From Octopus sinensis (lineage: Eukaryota): 64,000 bases of DNA. Positions 63,610-64,000 of the stretch are shown here, in pieces. The notes below the pieces were generated by a model. That model worked only from the letters and a program-made list of their open reading frames with translations. It did not search any database and was not told the DNA's origin. Both the position numbers and the translations under genes were made by a program. The DNA is taken from NCBI RefSeq assembly GCF_006345805.1, contig NC_043005.1, positions 37,634,001 through 37,698,000 of the forward strand, in the 5' to 3' direction. The first letter of the stretch is position 1; each line of letters starts with the position of its first letter.

Positions 63610-64000
63610 AGATGAATCTACAGCAAATATCTTGCTCAGTACCATAGATTTGCTTGTCAGTTGCTTGACCATAACCAGTTGAGCACGTCCTTTAGTAGCC
63701 AATGATATGTGCATCTCTTATCATGATCAGCAGTAGTAGGGGAGCATCATAGGTTTGAATAATTCACCTCTGGAAACATGCGTGTTCTTCCATTCATCAT
63801 ACTTAAAAAAACTTTATTCAGGGACCTCTTGAGCAAAATGGGCTACCCAACCTGAAGAAAATTCTGACTGGATCACACCTGCAAGGTCATGTGCTGTTTA
63901 TCTTGATATGAAATCACTATGCTGCACACATATGCTTCTGATACATGTGCCTGGTGTACCCATATCAGATAAGTAATGATGGACATATTGGGCTTCGTAT
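63610..64000 (-). mobile_element. Family E repeat, inverted copy running off the window end
   Basis: Reverse complement of 28244-28790 segments (gatttgcttgtcagttg, gaataattcacctctggaaacatg). Confidence 0.8.

Noticed and set aside
324-63714. ORF track entries rich in Y/I/C/V/H/T/L runs
   Set aside because: They are translations of (TA)n, (TG)n, (ATT)n, (CAT)n and SINE sequence, with no splice-bounded complex coding signal.

Overview
AT-rich eukaryotic DNA, inferred to be octopus from its SINE repertoire and its density of TA/TG/ATT/GATA/CAT microsatellites. It is essentially intergenic or deep-intronic. No host gene can be named, only a few unverified minus-strand exon candidates. Nearly all ORFs in the supplied track are translations of microsatellites or SINEs. 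The window is a mosaic of tRNA-headed SINEs with interchangeable 3' modules, decayed LINEs (RTE and R4/Dong-like REL clade), an internally deleted mariner, three MITE types, a probable Helitron and a 5S rRNA pseudogene fused to a SINE tail. The most interesting signal is a pair of unrelated fold-back elements (23.4-23.9 kb and 35.0-35.2 kb). Each carries two oppositely oriented minimal type I hammerhead-ribozyme motifs of the kind known from Penelope-like elements. One of them also contains a tRNA-derived Pol III A/B-box module and recurs at 37.6-37.9 kb, suggesting a SINE-like, hammerhead-bearing non-autonomous Penelope-type family. All calls were made by eye, and element boundaries are approximate unless a junction is stated.
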